From: a bacterium
Lineage (GTDB): Bacteria; Sysuimicrobiota; Sysuimicrobiia; Sysuimicrobiales; Segetimicrobiaceae
Length of the DNA stretch: 41,784 bases
Assembly (NCBI GenBank): GCA_035632615.1
Contig: DASQGM010000106.1
Span: forward strand, 1 to 41,784
Direction of reading: 5' to 3'
Notes under the pieces: generated by a model
What the model saw: only the letters and a program-made list of their open reading frames with translations
Database searches by the model: none
Told to the model about the DNA's origin: nothing
In this document: in pieces, positions 7,648 through 17,087 of the stretch
Position numbering within the stretch: the first letter of the stretch is position 1
Layout of the letters: the number at the start of each line of letters is the position of its first letter
Position numbers and translations under genes: made by a program

Positions 7648-9056
7648 ACGGCCCGGCCGTGGTCGATCCCTGGCGTCCGCGGATCGGACTCGTCTCCGTT
7701 CGGTTTCGGCTGTTCGACCCGCAGATGCCGGCGGATTTTCCCGCGAGGATGCAGGAGCGCGCACGGGGCTACGCGCGCGCGCTCAGCGAGACGTTCGACG
7801 TTGTGTTCCCCGGGGTGATCGAGGATGAGACCGGCGCCAGCCGGGCGGCGGAGGCGTTCGCGCGGGAGCGCCTCGACGCGCTCGTCTTCGCGCCGACGAT
7901 GGCGGCCCCGCCGAGCTTCGCCGCCGCCGCCGTGCGGGCGCACCGGGCGCCGGTCGTGATCTGGAACCCGGCGGCGACCGCGCACCTCCCGGAGGGATGG
8001 ACGCAGGCGCAGGCGACCGAGGAGACGGCGGCAGTCGCCTGCGTGATGCTGGCGAACGTGTTCGCGCGAGAGGGCCGGCCTGCGCCGGTCGTCGCGGCGC
8101 CGCCCGGCGATCCGGCCGCGATGGAGCGGCTGCGGCGCACGGTGCGTGCGGCGGCCACGGCCGGCGGCGTGCGCGATTCGGTGGCGTTGCGGGTCGGCGA
8201 CCCGATCCCCGGCTATCTCGACGTGGAGGCGTCGTCGGCAGAACTCGCCCGCCTCGGCATCCGGGAGCGGCGAGTCTCGCGGGAAGAGCTCGACGCGGCG
8301 TACACCGCGTCGGATGCCGGCGCGGCCCGAGCGCTGCTGGAGAACGTTCGACGGCGGGGATGGTCCGGCGACGGCGGCCCGCACGCGGAGGCGAGCGCAC
8401 GGCTGGCGCTCGCGCTCGAGGCGCTGATGGACGCCAGCGAGGCGGCGTTCGGCACCGTGAACTGCCACGGCCCCTGGCTTCGCTGGAACCCCCAGATCGG
8501 CCTGACGGCGTGCCTGGGCGTGTCGCTGCTGACGGAGGCGGGGCGGCCGCTCTCGTGCACCGGGGACCAGCCGACCGCGATCGCGATGTTGCTGGCCCGC
8601 CGGCTCGCCGGCGGCGCGCTGTACAGCGAGTGTTACGCGGCGGAGCTCGACAGCGGTCTAATGCTGCTGGCCGCCGGCGGCGAGGGCGACCCATCCTGGG
8701 CGGACGCGCCGGGGCGGGTCGCCCTCGCGGCGAACCACCACTACCCGGGCCAGCGGGGTGCCGCCACTTCCATCGTATTCGCGCTCCGCCGCGGACCGGC
8801 CACGATCTTGTCGCTGTCGCCGTCCGCGTCCGGGTGGCGTCTGGCGTGGGCGACAGGGGAGGTCGTCGAGGCCCGCCACCCGAACCTCGGCGGTCCGAAC
8901 GGCATGTTTCGGTTCGACTCGGGGCCGAGCACGGAGGCTGGGGTGCGCTGGATCGCGTCCGGCGCGACGCACCACAACGCGCTCGCTCCCGGGCGGCTTG
9001 ACGTCGAGGTCCCGGTGCTCGCCGCAGCCCTCGGCATCGAGCACGTGCGGATCTAG
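7644..9056 (+). CDS. L-fucose / L-arabinose isomerase-like family protein (sugar isomerase fold), substrate unknown
   Basis: 470 aa. Family-like elements are RIGLVSVRF...LDALVFAPT near the N terminus, a CTGDQPTAIAMLL stretch (compare CEGD in FucI/AraA) and C-terminal GATHHNAL. ATGA overlap with the ATPase gene at 7644-7647. Confidence 0.55.
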   Translation: MNGPAVVDPWRPRIGLVSVRFRLFDPQMPADFPARMQERARGYARALSETFDVVFPGVIEDETGASRAAEAFARERLDALVFAPTMAAPPSFAAAAVRAHRAPVVIWNPAATAHLPEGWTQAQATEETAAVACVMLANVFAREGRPAPVVAAPPGDPAAMERLRRTVRAAATAGGVRDSVALRVGDPIPGYLDVEASSAELARLGIRERRVSREELDAAYTASDAGAARALLENVRRRGWSGDGGPHAEASARLALALEALMDASEAAFGTVNCHGPWLRWNPQIGLTACLGVSLLTEAGRPLSCTGDQPTAIAMLLARRLAGGALYSECYAAELDSGLMLLAAGGEGDPSWADAPGRVALAANHHYPGQRGAATSIVFALRRGPATILSLSPSASGWRLAWATGEVVEARHPNLGGPNGMFRFDSGPSTEAGVRWIASGATHHNALAPGRLDVEVPVLAAALGIEHVRI

Positions 9057-9081
9057 CGCGGGACGCGAAGGTGGAGGCGCG

Positions 9082-10200
9082 ATGAAGGTCACGTCGGTGG
9101 AACCGATTCCCGTCCGCTACCCCGAGCCGAACGACGCCGGGGCGACCCGCCACCTGCTGCTGGTACGGTTGCGCGCGGACGACGGCCAGGTGGGCTGGGG
9201 TGAGGCGGTCACGATGTGGCCGGAGGCCTCCCGGGCGGCGGCGGCCGTGGTGGACGGTCTCGCGCCGCTCCTCCTGGGGCGCGATCCGGTCCAGACGGAC
9301 GTGCTCTGGCGCGCTCTGAAGGAGCACACCTGGTGGTACGGGCTCGGCGGAATCGCGTCGTTCGCGATCGCGGCGCTCGACATCGCCCTGTGGGACCTCC
9401 GCGGCAAGGCGCTCGGCCGCTCGGTGCTCGACCTGCTGGGCGGCCCCGTCCATCGGCGGCTGCCGGCCGTCGTCTCCTGCCACGCGTTCCTCGGGGACAT
9501 CGAGGCCCTTGCCGACCAGATGGCCGGCTGGCTCGCCGGCGGCGCGCACGGCATCAAGGTCGGGTTTGGAAAGAGGGGCGACGCACGCCTGGGATTCGAT
9601 CACGCCCGGGACGTGGCGTTCGTCCGGGCGCTCCGGCGCGCGATCGGCCCCGACAAGCAGATCATGATCGACGTCGGGAACGCGAACCGCTGGGACCTCG
9701 CCGCGGCGGTGGCGAGGATCACCGCGATGGAGGAGCACGGCCTCTACTGGATCGAGGAGCCGCTCGGGGGTGACGACCCGGAGGGCTACGCGCAACTGCG
9801 GGCGAGGGTGCGGGCGCGCGTCGCGTACGGGGAGCGGGAGTGGGACGTCCGCGGGTACCGCCGCCTGCTCGGGACCGGCACGGTGGACGTCGTGGGCGTG
9901 GACCCGGGTCGCGCGGAAGGGATCACAGGGTTCCGGAAGGTCTGCGAGCTCGTCGAGCAGCACCGGCGCCGCGCGAACGCGCACGCCTGGTCGTCGGCGA
10001 TCGTGACGGCGGCGAGCCTGGCTGTCTCCTTCGCGAGTCCCGCGTGCGAGCTGTTCGAGGTCAAGCCGATCCGCAATCCGATGCAGCACGAGCTCGTCTC
10101 GTCGCCGATCGACCCCCACGGTGGGTGGATGAGCCCGCCCGCGGGACCGGGCCTCGGCATCGACGTCCTCGACGACGTCGTCGACCGCTACCGTGTTTAA
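9082..10200 (+). CDS. Enolase-superfamily enzyme (mandelate racemase / muconate lactonizing family, acid-sugar-dehydratase-like)
   Basis: Metal-ligand motifs IMIDVGNANRW, LYWIEEPL and VAYGEREW, plus the capping-domain pattern LDIALWDLRGKALG. ATG 9082 follows GAAGGTGGAGG. Confidence 0.85.
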   Translation: MKVTSVEPIPVRYPEPNDAGATRHLLLVRLRADDGQVGWGEAVTMWPEASRAAAAVVDGLAPLLLGRDPVQTDVLWRALKEHTWWYGLGGIASFAIAALDIALWDLRGKALGRSVLDLLGGPVHRRLPAVVSCHAFLGDIEALADQMAGWLAGGAHGIKVGFGKRGDARLGFDHARDVAFVRALRRAIGPDKQIMIDVGNANRWDLAAAVARITAMEEHGLYWIEEPLGGDDPEGYAQLRARVRARVAYGEREWDVRGYRRLLGTGTVDVVGVDPGRAEGITGFRKVCELVEQHRRRANAHAWSSAIVTAASLAVSFASPACELFEVKPIRNPMQHELVSSPIDPHGGWMSPPAGPGLGIDVLDDVVDRYRV

Positions 10201-10969
10201 GACCGTCCCGGCGCTCGGCGCCGGGCTCGAGGGCCAGGGCGTCATCGTGACCGGTGCCGCCGGGGGGATCGGGCGGGAGGTGGCCTCGGCGTTCGCCGCG
10301 GCTGGCGCCCGCGTGCTGGCCACCGATCTGCACCGCCGGGCCGTCGAGCAGACGGTGCGGCGGCTTCCGGGGAACGGCCATCTCGCGGTCGCCTGCGACC
10401 TGTGCGATCTCTCGGCCCACGCCGCGCTGCTCGACCGCGCGGTTCGCGGCCTGGGCGGGCTGCGGGCGCTTGTGCACCTCGCCGCGGTGCTGCGGCGGCG
10501 CGCGGAGCTGCGCCGGGTGACCGAGCGTGATTGGGACGCGCAGCTGACGACGAACCTCAAGGCGGGCTTCTTCCTCTGTCGCGCCGCGGCGGAGCTGATG
10601 GTCAAGCGGCGCCGTGGGGGCCGGATCGTGCTGTTCTCCTCCCAAGGCTGGTGGACCGGGGGGTTCGGCGGCTCGGTCGTGTACAACTCCGCGAAGGGCG
10701 CCGTGGTGACGATGACGCGGGGGTTTGCGCGGACCTACGCCAGGCACGGGATCACGGTCAACTGCGTCGCTCCCGGGCTCGTCGACACCGCGATGCTGAC
10801 GAAGGATCTCGAGCCGTCGCTGCTGCGCTCGCTGGTCCGTCAGGTCCCGCTTGGACGCCTCGCCGCGCCGGCAGAGGTCGCCGGCATCACCGTGTTCCTC
10901 GCCAGCGACCACGCGTCGTACGTCACGGGCGCGACGGTGAACGTGAGCGGCCGGTTCTTGATGTACTGA
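10193..10969 (+). CDS. SDR-family oxidoreductase
   Basis: Cofactor motif VIVTGAAGGIG and catalytic YNSAKGAV (YxxxK). GTG 10193 overlaps the upstream stop by 8 nt. The exact start is uncertain. Confidence 0.85.
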   Translation: MFKTVPALGAGLEGQGVIVTGAAGGIGREVASAFAAAGARVLATDLHRRAVEQTVRRLPGNGHLAVACDLCDLSAHAALLDRAVRGLGGLRALVHLAAVLRRRAELRRVTERDWDAQLTTNLKAGFFLCRAAAELMVKRRRGGRIVLFSSQGWWTGGFGGSVVYNSAKGAVVTMTRGFARTYARHGITVNCVAPGLVDTAMLTKDLEPSLLRSLVRQVPLGRLAAPAEVAGITVFLASDHASYVTGATVNVSGRFLMY

Positions 10970-11066
10970 CGGCACCTACGCGCCACGGGGGGAGGGGGAT
11001 GCCGGCCCGTCGTGGAAGGCGAGAGACTCGAACAACCAGCGTCCACAGCAGGAGGGTGTACAGTCG

Positions 11067-12080
11067 ATGACCTCGCGCAAGCCCCGCTCATCCGCTGGCC
11101 GCCCGGCGGCCGAGCGTCCGGGCGACCCGACGCTGGCCGGCGACCTCCTGGCGATGTATGAGCGTATGGCGCAAATCCGCGAGTTCGAAGAACAGGTCCA
11201 CACGCTCTTCCTTAAAGACCTGGTCCCCGGCACCACCCATCTGTGCCAGGGTCAGGAGGCGGTGGCGGTCGGCGTGGCCGCGGCGCTGCGTCGCGACGAC
11301 TACACCACATACACCTACCGCGGCCACGGGCACGTCCTCGCGCGCGGCATGGACATGGTCGCCGCGTTCGCGGAGATCATGGGCCGGGCGGCCGGCGTGA
11401 ACCGGGGTAAGGGCGGGTCGATGCACCTGACCGACCGGCGTCTTGGCCTGATGGGCTCCTTCGCGATCGTCGGGGCCGGGCTCCCGGTCGCGGTGGGGCT
11501 GGCCCGGGCCGCGCAGCTGGACGGAGGGGGACGGGTGTCGGTCACGTTCTTCGGGGACGGCGCCGTGAACATCGGCGCGTTCCACGAGGCGCTGAACCTC
11601 GCCGCGGTGTGGAAGGCGCCGGTGGTGTTCGTCTGCGAGAACAACCTCTACGGCGAGTTCAGCCGCGTCGACCACACGACGCCGTTCGAGGACCTCGCCC
11701 GGCGGGCGACGGCGTACGCGATGCCGGCGGAGCCGGTCGACGGCAACGACGTGCTCGTCGTGCGGCGGAGCGCGCGCGCGGCCGTCGAACGCGCGCGGGC
11801 AGGTGGGGGCCCCAGCTTCCTGGAGTGCAAGACCTACCGCCACCGCGGGCATTCGCGCAGCGATCCGGGTCGCTACCGGCCAAGCGAGGAGGTCGCGGCG
11901 TGGATGGCGCGGGATCCGTTGTTGATCGCGCAGGCCAAGCTCGTGGAGCTCGGCGTGCCGGACGCGCAGCTCGAGGCGGTGCGGCAGGCGCAGCGCGCCG
12001 CCGTGGCGCGGGCCTCGGACGCGGCGCTCGCGTCGCCGCCGCCCGGGCCGGACGAGCTCGAGCGTGATGTCGTTGGCTAG
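11067..12080 (+). CDS. TPP-dependent dehydrogenase E1 component, alpha subunit (acetoin/pyruvate/branched-chain 2-oxoacid dehydrogenase E1-alpha family)
   Basis: TPP motif FFGDGAVNIGAFHEALNLAAVWKAPVVFVCENNLYG, plus YRGHGH and TYRHRGHS. GGAGGG lies 10 nt upstream of ATG 11067. Confidence 0.9.
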   Translation: MTSRKPRSSAGRPAAERPGDPTLAGDLLAMYERMAQIREFEEQVHTLFLKDLVPGTTHLCQGQEAVAVGVAAALRRDDYTTYTYRGHGHVLARGMDMVAAFAEIMGRAAGVNRGKGGSMHLTDRRLGLMGSFAIVGAGLPVAVGLARAAQLDGGGRVSVTFFGDGAVNIGAFHEALNLAAVWKAPVVFVCENNLYGEFSRVDHTTPFEDLARRATAYAMPAEPVDGNDVLVVRRSARAAVERARAGGGPSFLECKTYRHRGHSRSDPGRYRPSEEVAAWMARDPLLIAQAKLVELGVPDAQLEAVRQAQRAAVARASDAALASPPPGPDELERDVVG

Positions 12081-13053
12081 CGCCGAGCTGACGTACCGCG
12101 AGGCGATCCGGTACGCGCTGCGGGACGCGATGCGCGCGGACGAACGGGTGCTGCTGCTCGGCGAGGACATCGGCGCCGCCGGGGGGCCGTTCAAGGTCAC
12201 GGACGGCCTGTTCGCGGAGTTCGGCGGCGATCGGGTGATGGACACTCCGATCGCCGAGACCGGTTTCGTCGGCGCGGCGATCGGGCTCGCGCTCGCGGGG
12301 TACCGGCCGGTCGCCGAGCTGATGTTCGCCGACTTCGCCGCCGTGGCGTGGGACCAGATCGTGAACCAGGCGGCGAAATACCGCTATCTCTCCGCGGGGC
12401 AGATGCCGCTCCCGCTGGTGATCCGCTGCGGGGGCGGCGCGGGCGCTCGCTTCGCCGCGCAGCATTCGCAGACGACGGAGTCGTGGTACCTCTCGGTGCC
12501 CGGTCTCAAGGTGGTCGCGCCGTCGAATCCGCAGGACGCGTATGCCCTGCTCCGCGCCGCGATCGACGACCCCGATCCCGTCGTCTACATCGAGCACAAA
12601 CTCCTCTACCCGGCGAAGGGTCCGTTCCAGCCGGACGGCGACCGCGTGGGGATCGGATCGGCCCGCGTGGCGCGCGCCGGACACGACGTGACGCTCGTCG
12701 CCACGCTGGCGATGGTGCCCCGCGCCCTGAGCGCCGCCGAACACCTGGCGGCGGACGGCGTCGACGCGGAGGTGATCGATCTCCGCTCGCTCGCCCCGCT
12801 CGACCTGCCGGCCGTGGTCGAGAGCGTCCGGCGGACGGGGCGGCTCGTCACCATCGAAGAGCAGTCGGTGTCGGGAGGGTGGGGAGGCAATCTCGTCGCC
12901 GAGGTCGTCGCCCGCGCGTTCGACGCCCTCGACGCCCCGCCGGAGCGGCTCGGGCTGCCGGAGGCGCCGATGCCGTTCAGCCCGGTGCTGGAAGACGCCG
13001 CGCTGCCGTCGCCCGAGCGGATCGCGGAGGTCGCGCGGCGGATGGTGGGGTGA
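12064..13053 (+). CDS. Dehydrogenase E1 component, beta subunit (transketolase-like Pyr and C-terminal domains)
   Basis: Motifs VMDTPIAETGFVGAAIGLALAGYRPV and PVVYIEHKLLY. The start (GTG 12064 or ATG 12067) overlaps the alpha-subunit stop. Confidence 0.9.
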   Translation: MMSLASAELTYREAIRYALRDAMRADERVLLLGEDIGAAGGPFKVTDGLFAEFGGDRVMDTPIAETGFVGAAIGLALAGYRPVAELMFADFAAVAWDQIVNQAAKYRYLSAGQMPLPLVIRCGGGAGARFAAQHSQTTESWYLSVPGLKVVAPSNPQDAYALLRAAIDDPDPVVYIEHKLLYPAKGPFQPDGDRVGIGSARVARAGHDVTLVATLAMVPRALSAAEHLAADGVDAEVIDLRSLAPLDLPAVVESVRRTGRLVTIEEQSVSGGWGGNLVAEVVARAFDALDAPPERLGLPEAPMPFSPVLEDAALPSPERIAEVARRMVG

Positions 13054-13055
13054 GC

Positions 13056-14168
13056 ATGGGCTTGGTCCCGGCGCCGATCGAGCGCATCGAGGTGGTGCCG
13101 CTGCGCGTGCCGCTCGACCGCGTGTACGCCGGCAGCCACTACTCGATGCGGAACCGCGCGACGATCGTGACGCGGGTACACGCGGGTGGTCTCGTCGGCG
13201 AGTGCTACAACGGCGACACCGACGACGAGCAGGCGGCCGTCGTTCGGATCATCGCCGAGGAGATCGCGCCGCTGCTGCGGGGTCAAGATGCGTTCAACGT
13301 CGAGGGGTGTTGGGAGCGGATGCTCGCCGTCACGTTCAACATCCTCCGCGACCGGAACCTCGGCCTCCAGGCGATCGCGTGCGTCGACAGCGCGCTCTGG
13401 GACCTGCTGGGGAAGGCGGTCGGCCAGCCGCTGTACCGGTTGTGGGGCGGCTTCGCGGACGCGCTGCCGCTCAACGTGATCGGCGGCTACTACTCTGATG
13501 ATGCCGACGCGGTAGAGCGCGAGGCGGAGCGCTGGCTCGCGCTGGGCTTTCGGGGATGCAAGTTCAAGGTCGGCGGCCGGACGCCGGAGGTCGACGCGGA
13601 GCGCGTGCGCCGGCTGCGCCGGACGGTCGGGCCGGCGTTCACCATCACCGTCGACGCGAACCAGGGCTGGATGCTGAACGAGGCCGTCCGGTTCGTGCGG
13701 CTTGCCTCCGAGTGCGACCTGCGGTGGTTCGAGGAACCGTGCCGGTGGACCAACGACCAGATGTGGCTCCGGGACGTGCGGTGCATGACGGGGCTGCCGG
13801 TGTGCGCCGGACAGAGTGAGACGACGGCCCAGGGCGTGCGCGCGTTGATCACGGGAGGCGCGATCGACGTCTGCAACCTGGACGCGTCCTGGTCCGGCGG
13901 CGCGACGTTCTGGCGCCGGGTGGCCGGCATGGCCGCGCTGTACGGCGTGCAAATGGGCCACCATGAGGAGCCGCAGGTCGCCGCGCATCTCCTCGGCGGG
14001 GTGTCGCACGCGACTTACTTGGAATGCTTTCTCCCGGAGCGCGATCCTCTCTTCTGGACGCTCGTCGCCAACCGCGGCGAGCTCGTCGACGGCCGCTATC
14101 CGGTGCCGCAGGGTCCCGGGTTCGGCCTGGTGCTCGACGAGGGCGTCATCGCCCGCAGCCGGATGTGA
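13056..14168 (+). CDS. Enolase-superfamily enzyme number 2 (mandelate racemase subgroup-like)
   Basis: KxK motif GCKFKVGG. Metal ligands ITVDANQGW and LRWFEEPC, plus VDSALWDLLGKAVG. ATG lies 3 nt after the E1-beta stop. Confidence 0.85.
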   Translation: MGLVPAPIERIEVVPLRVPLDRVYAGSHYSMRNRATIVTRVHAGGLVGECYNGDTDDEQAAVVRIIAEEIAPLLRGQDAFNVEGCWERMLAVTFNILRDRNLGLQAIACVDSALWDLLGKAVGQPLYRLWGGFADALPLNVIGGYYSDDADAVEREAERWLALGFRGCKFKVGGRTPEVDAERVRRLRRTVGPAFTITVDANQGWMLNEAVRFVRLASECDLRWFEEPCRWTNDQMWLRDVRCMTGLPVCAGQSETTAQGVRALITGGAIDVCNLDASWSGGATFWRRVAGMAALYGVQMGHHEEPQVAAHLLGGVSHATYLECFLPERDPLFWTLVANRGELVDGRYPVPQGPGFGLVLDEGVIARSRM

Positions 14169-14241
14169 CGTTCCCTGCGCTCCGCCCTCGCGGTGGAGAC
14201 GAGCGTTGGTTCTCTAGGACCCGCGAGTCGCCGCGGAGCTC

Positions 14242-15609
14242 CTACAGGCGCGCCACCAATTGTTCGTCGAGCAGCGCCCGCATCGCCTCGCGAAAGACCG
14301 CCACGGCCTGCTGAACGTCCGCCTCGGTGTGTGCGGCGGAGGTCACGCCGCCGGTGTAGGAGAGGAGATCGACCCCTCGGATCTGCAAATTCTTCTGGAA
14401 GGCCGTGACGACCCGCGGGGGGATCCCCTTCAGCGTCGTCGGGTCGCTCGTCCGGATCTCTTCGCGGCTCTTCCGCCCGGATCCCGGATAGGCTTCCATA
14501 TAGACGTGAAAGACAGACGAGTCACCGTACACGAACGCGGCGGCGCCGATCTCGTCGAGCGCCGCTTCCATCCCGCGGCGCAACGCCTCGGCCATCCGAT
14601 CGGCGTGCGCCTGGACTTTGCCGTCGGCCGCCAGTCGGAGCGTCGCGATCCCCGCGGCCGCCGACAGGGGATTCGCGTTGAACGTTCCCTGGTGCGCCAC
14701 CCGGGCGTGGCGGTCGTGCCGGACGTCGCCGGTGTACTCGAACTGCCGCATCAGGTCGAGGCGGCCGCCGACGGCACCGCCCGGCAGTCCTCCGGCCATG
14801 ACCTTGCCGAGCACGGTGAGGTCGGCCGGGACGCCAGCCAGCCGCTGGTAGCCGCCGGGGCTGTAGCGGAACCCCGTGATCACCTCGTCGTAGATGAGCG
14901 GCACCTCGTACCGCGTCGCGAGCGCGCGCAGCTCGCGGTTGAACGGCACCGTGAGCGGCACCGTGCCCCACGATCCGCCGGACGGTTCGAGCATGATCGC
15001 CGCCACGTCGTGGTGGCGGCGGAGCGTGTCCTCGACCACGTTCAGGTCGGCCGGGACGACCATGATCGTGTCGAGGATCGCCTGCGGGATGCCGATCGAA
15101 TACGGCGCGTCGAACGGCGGGGTCACGCCCTTCCCCACGTAGTCGTGCCAGCCGCTGAAGTGTCCCTCGAAGCGCAGCAGCTGCGTCCGCCCGGTGAAGG
15201 CGCGCGCCAGCCGCAGCGCCAGCATGGTCCCCTCCGTGCCGGAGTTGACGAAGCGGATTCGCTCACACGACGGCATCAGCTCGTGGATCAGCCGCGCCCA
15301 CTCCAGCATCGACCGATGGTCGTTCCCGAAATGCGTCCCCTGGTCGAGCGCTTCCCGCACGGCGGCGACCACCGCGGGGTGGGCGTGGCCGAGCAACAGG
15401 GCGGCGTTCCCCATGCTGAAGTCGAGATACTCGTTTCCGTCGACATCCCACTTCCGCGCCCCCCGCGCCCGCTCGATGTAGAGGGGCGCGACCGGGCTGT
15501 GGCGCAGATCGTGCCCGACGCCGCCCGCGACGCGCTGTCGGATCTCCTCGTACAGCGCCCGGCTCCGGGGCCGCCGCGCCGCGAACTCGTCCAACCATCG
15601 CTCCGTCAT
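14242..15609 (-). CDS. Class-III (fold type I) PLP aminotransferase/aminomutase, glutamate-1-semialdehyde-aminomutase-like
   Basis: Motifs VNSGTEGTMLALRLAR and LIYDEVITGFRY, with the PLP-lysine context LTVLGKVMAGGLP. ATG 15609 has a GGAG-containing spacer before it. The upstream 128 codons of the ORF overlap the next gene. Confidence 0.85.
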   Translation of the reverse strand: MTERWLDEFAARRPRSRALYEEIRQRVAGGVGHDLRHSPVAPLYIERARGARKWDVDGNEYLDFSMGNAALLLGHAHPAVVAAVREALDQGTHFGNDHRSMLEWARLIHELMPSCERIRFVNSGTEGTMLALRLARAFTGRTQLLRFEGHFSGWHDYVGKGVTPPFDAPYSIGIPQAILDTIMVVPADLNVVEDTLRRHHDVAAIMLEPSGGSWGTVPLTVPFNRELRALATRYEVPLIYDEVITGFRYSPGGYQRLAGVPADLTVLGKVMAGGLPGGAVGGRLDLMRQFEYTGDVRHDRHARVAHQGTFNANPLSAAAGIATLRLAADGKVQAHADRMAEALRRGMEAALDEIGAAAFVYGDSSVFHVYMEAYPGSGRKSREEIRTSDPTTLKGIPPRVVTAFQKNLQIRGVDLLSYTGGVTSAAHTEADVQQAVAVFREAMRALLDEQLVARL

Positions 15610-15626
15610 CGGCTCCGCTCCGGCCG

Positions 15627-17084
15627 CTACGCGAGCTGCCGGATCAGCCCGAGCGCGCGGTCGACCACGCCCTGCTCCGAGTCCGGCTGCAGTCCGGTGG
15701 GCAGCATGTACGACTGAAAGACCAGATCCGGGATCTGGTACCGGCCGCGGACCTGCCAGCCGCCCTTGGGATAGTCCTGCGCCTGCGGAAGATAGCAGGC
15801 GCACCCGTTCGTGTACCCGAGCACCTCCGTGTGCTTGAACGGCGATCTGGCCTTGAGTGCGAGCCCCGTCCCGGCGAACGCTTCGGCGCTGATGCCGACC
15901 AGCACGATGTCGTTGATGCGGAGCGCCTGGAGCGCGAAGTCCCACGTGGTGGGCCGGTGCGCCCGGACCGTCTCCACGAGCTGATCGCCCCACACGGCGA
16001 ACCGCGTGGCCACCTGGATGGTCCGTTCCTCACCGCTCGCCCGCGCCCCCTCGAGTTCGCGCTGCCGCTCCGCGCGGATCTCCTCGGCCTCGTCCAGCGA
16101 GGGCAGCGGGATCAGGTCGAGCGGGAGCGTCTCGGCGGCCGCGCCGAGGTACGTGCAGGTCTCGCCCTCGACCGGCACCCATGGGGTCAGCGTCATGCCC
16201 TTCCCGAGCAGCGACCGCAGCCACGTCCGCTCGCCGCGCCGCAGGTGGGATCGGAGCCCGGCCGTGGCGGTGAGCACCTCGCCGGCCAGCATCGTGCCGA
16301 TCCGGTTCTTGGCGTCGCGGCAGTCCGTCTCGTATCCCATCCCGCCGACCGGCATGATGTCTCCGCCGCACGCCTGCAGGAAGAGCGCCGTCCCGCCGAG
16401 GACCCGCTCGACGGCCTCGCGCGCCGCGCCTGGAAAGTCGGGCGAGATCACCGGCGAGCGCGGGCCGACGACCACGGTGTGGCAGCCGTAGCTGAACACG
16501 ATCGCGATCGGCTGGCCGCCGAGGTCGTCGACGCGGATGACGCCGACCGCCGGATCGACCTGGCCGTCCGGCCGCTCGCCGAGGAACACCATCCCGTCCG
16601 CGCCGACCTCGCGGCGGTTGATGCCGATGCGGCTCTCGCCCCACCCGGCGACGATCCGCGCGTCCTGCAGCCGGCCGTTCGCCTCCTCGGCGGCCTCGAC
16701 CATGCGGGCCACCATCGTCTCCTGGTACGCCTCCAGCACCGGCCGCTGGAACTCGAACTCCACCGGCTGGTCCGGGAGCGCCGGGCCGCTGTGGGTGTGG
16801 TTGAAGTTGATCATGACGTGCGCGGGGGTGGTGCCGATCGCGTCGGCGACCCGGCGCCGCCATCCGTCGACGCGGTGGACCGGCGCCATGCACAGGTCTA
16901 GCGCGACGATCGCGATCCTGGAGGCGATCCCGGCGCGGTCGGCGCTCGCGAGCACGAGGCACGTCGCGGTCAGGTCGCTCTCAATCGCCTCGACGACGCC
17001 CTCCCGTGATGAGAACCCGACGGTCTTGACGCCGAGCGGCGGGGTGATCACGCGGCGCGCGACGCCGGCGCGGAGCGTCGGCAC
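15627..17084 (-). CDS. Neutral/alkaline-ceramidase-N-terminal-domain-like hydrolase, substrate unknown
   Basis: N-terminal LRAGVARRVITPPLGV and NFNHTHSGP match the short bacterial ceramidase-like family pattern. There is no signal peptide. GTG start at 17084. Confidence 0.55.
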   Translation of the reverse strand: MPTLRAGVARRVITPPLGVKTVGFSSREGVVEAIESDLTATCLVLASADRAGIASRIAIVALDLCMAPVHRVDGWRRRVADAIGTTPAHVMINFNHTHSGPALPDQPVEFEFQRPVLEAYQETMVARMVEAAEEANGRLQDARIVAGWGESRIGINRREVGADGMVFLGERPDGQVDPAVGVIRVDDLGGQPIAIVFSYGCHTVVVGPRSPVISPDFPGAAREAVERVLGGTALFLQACGGDIMPVGGMGYETDCRDAKNRIGTMLAGEVLTATAGLRSHLRRGERTWLRSLLGKGMTLTPWVPVEGETCTYLGAAAETLPLDLIPLPSLDEAEEIRAERQRELEGARASGEERTIQVATRFAVWGDQLVETVRAHRPTTWDFALQALRINDIVLVGISAEAFAGTGLALKARSPFKHTEVLGYTNGCACYLPQAQDYPKGGWQVRGRYQIPDLVFQSYMLPTGLQPDSEQGVVDRALGLIRQLA

Positions 17085-17087
17085 GAG

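Noticed and set aside
7783-10686. 967-aa minus-strand ORF, the longest in the ORF track.
   Set aside because: It lies antisense to four well-supported plus-strand genes: the isomerase-like gene, an enolase-superfamily gene, an SDR and part of the next gene. The translation is extreme Arg/Pro/Ala/Ser low complexity with no recognisable motif. This is the usual stop-codon-poor antisense frame of very GC-rich DNA.
14169-14241. Convergent-gene spacer that might hold a bidirectional terminator. Similar short GC hairpins follow other stops: 2231-2250 GTTGGC/GCCAAC, 23679-23695 GCCGGC-ggcgg-GCCGGC and 26357-26375 CGGGCC/GGCCCG.
   Set aside because: Only 5-6 bp GC stems were found, with no adjacent U-tracts. 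In DNA this GC-rich such pairings are expected by chance, so no terminator features are called.
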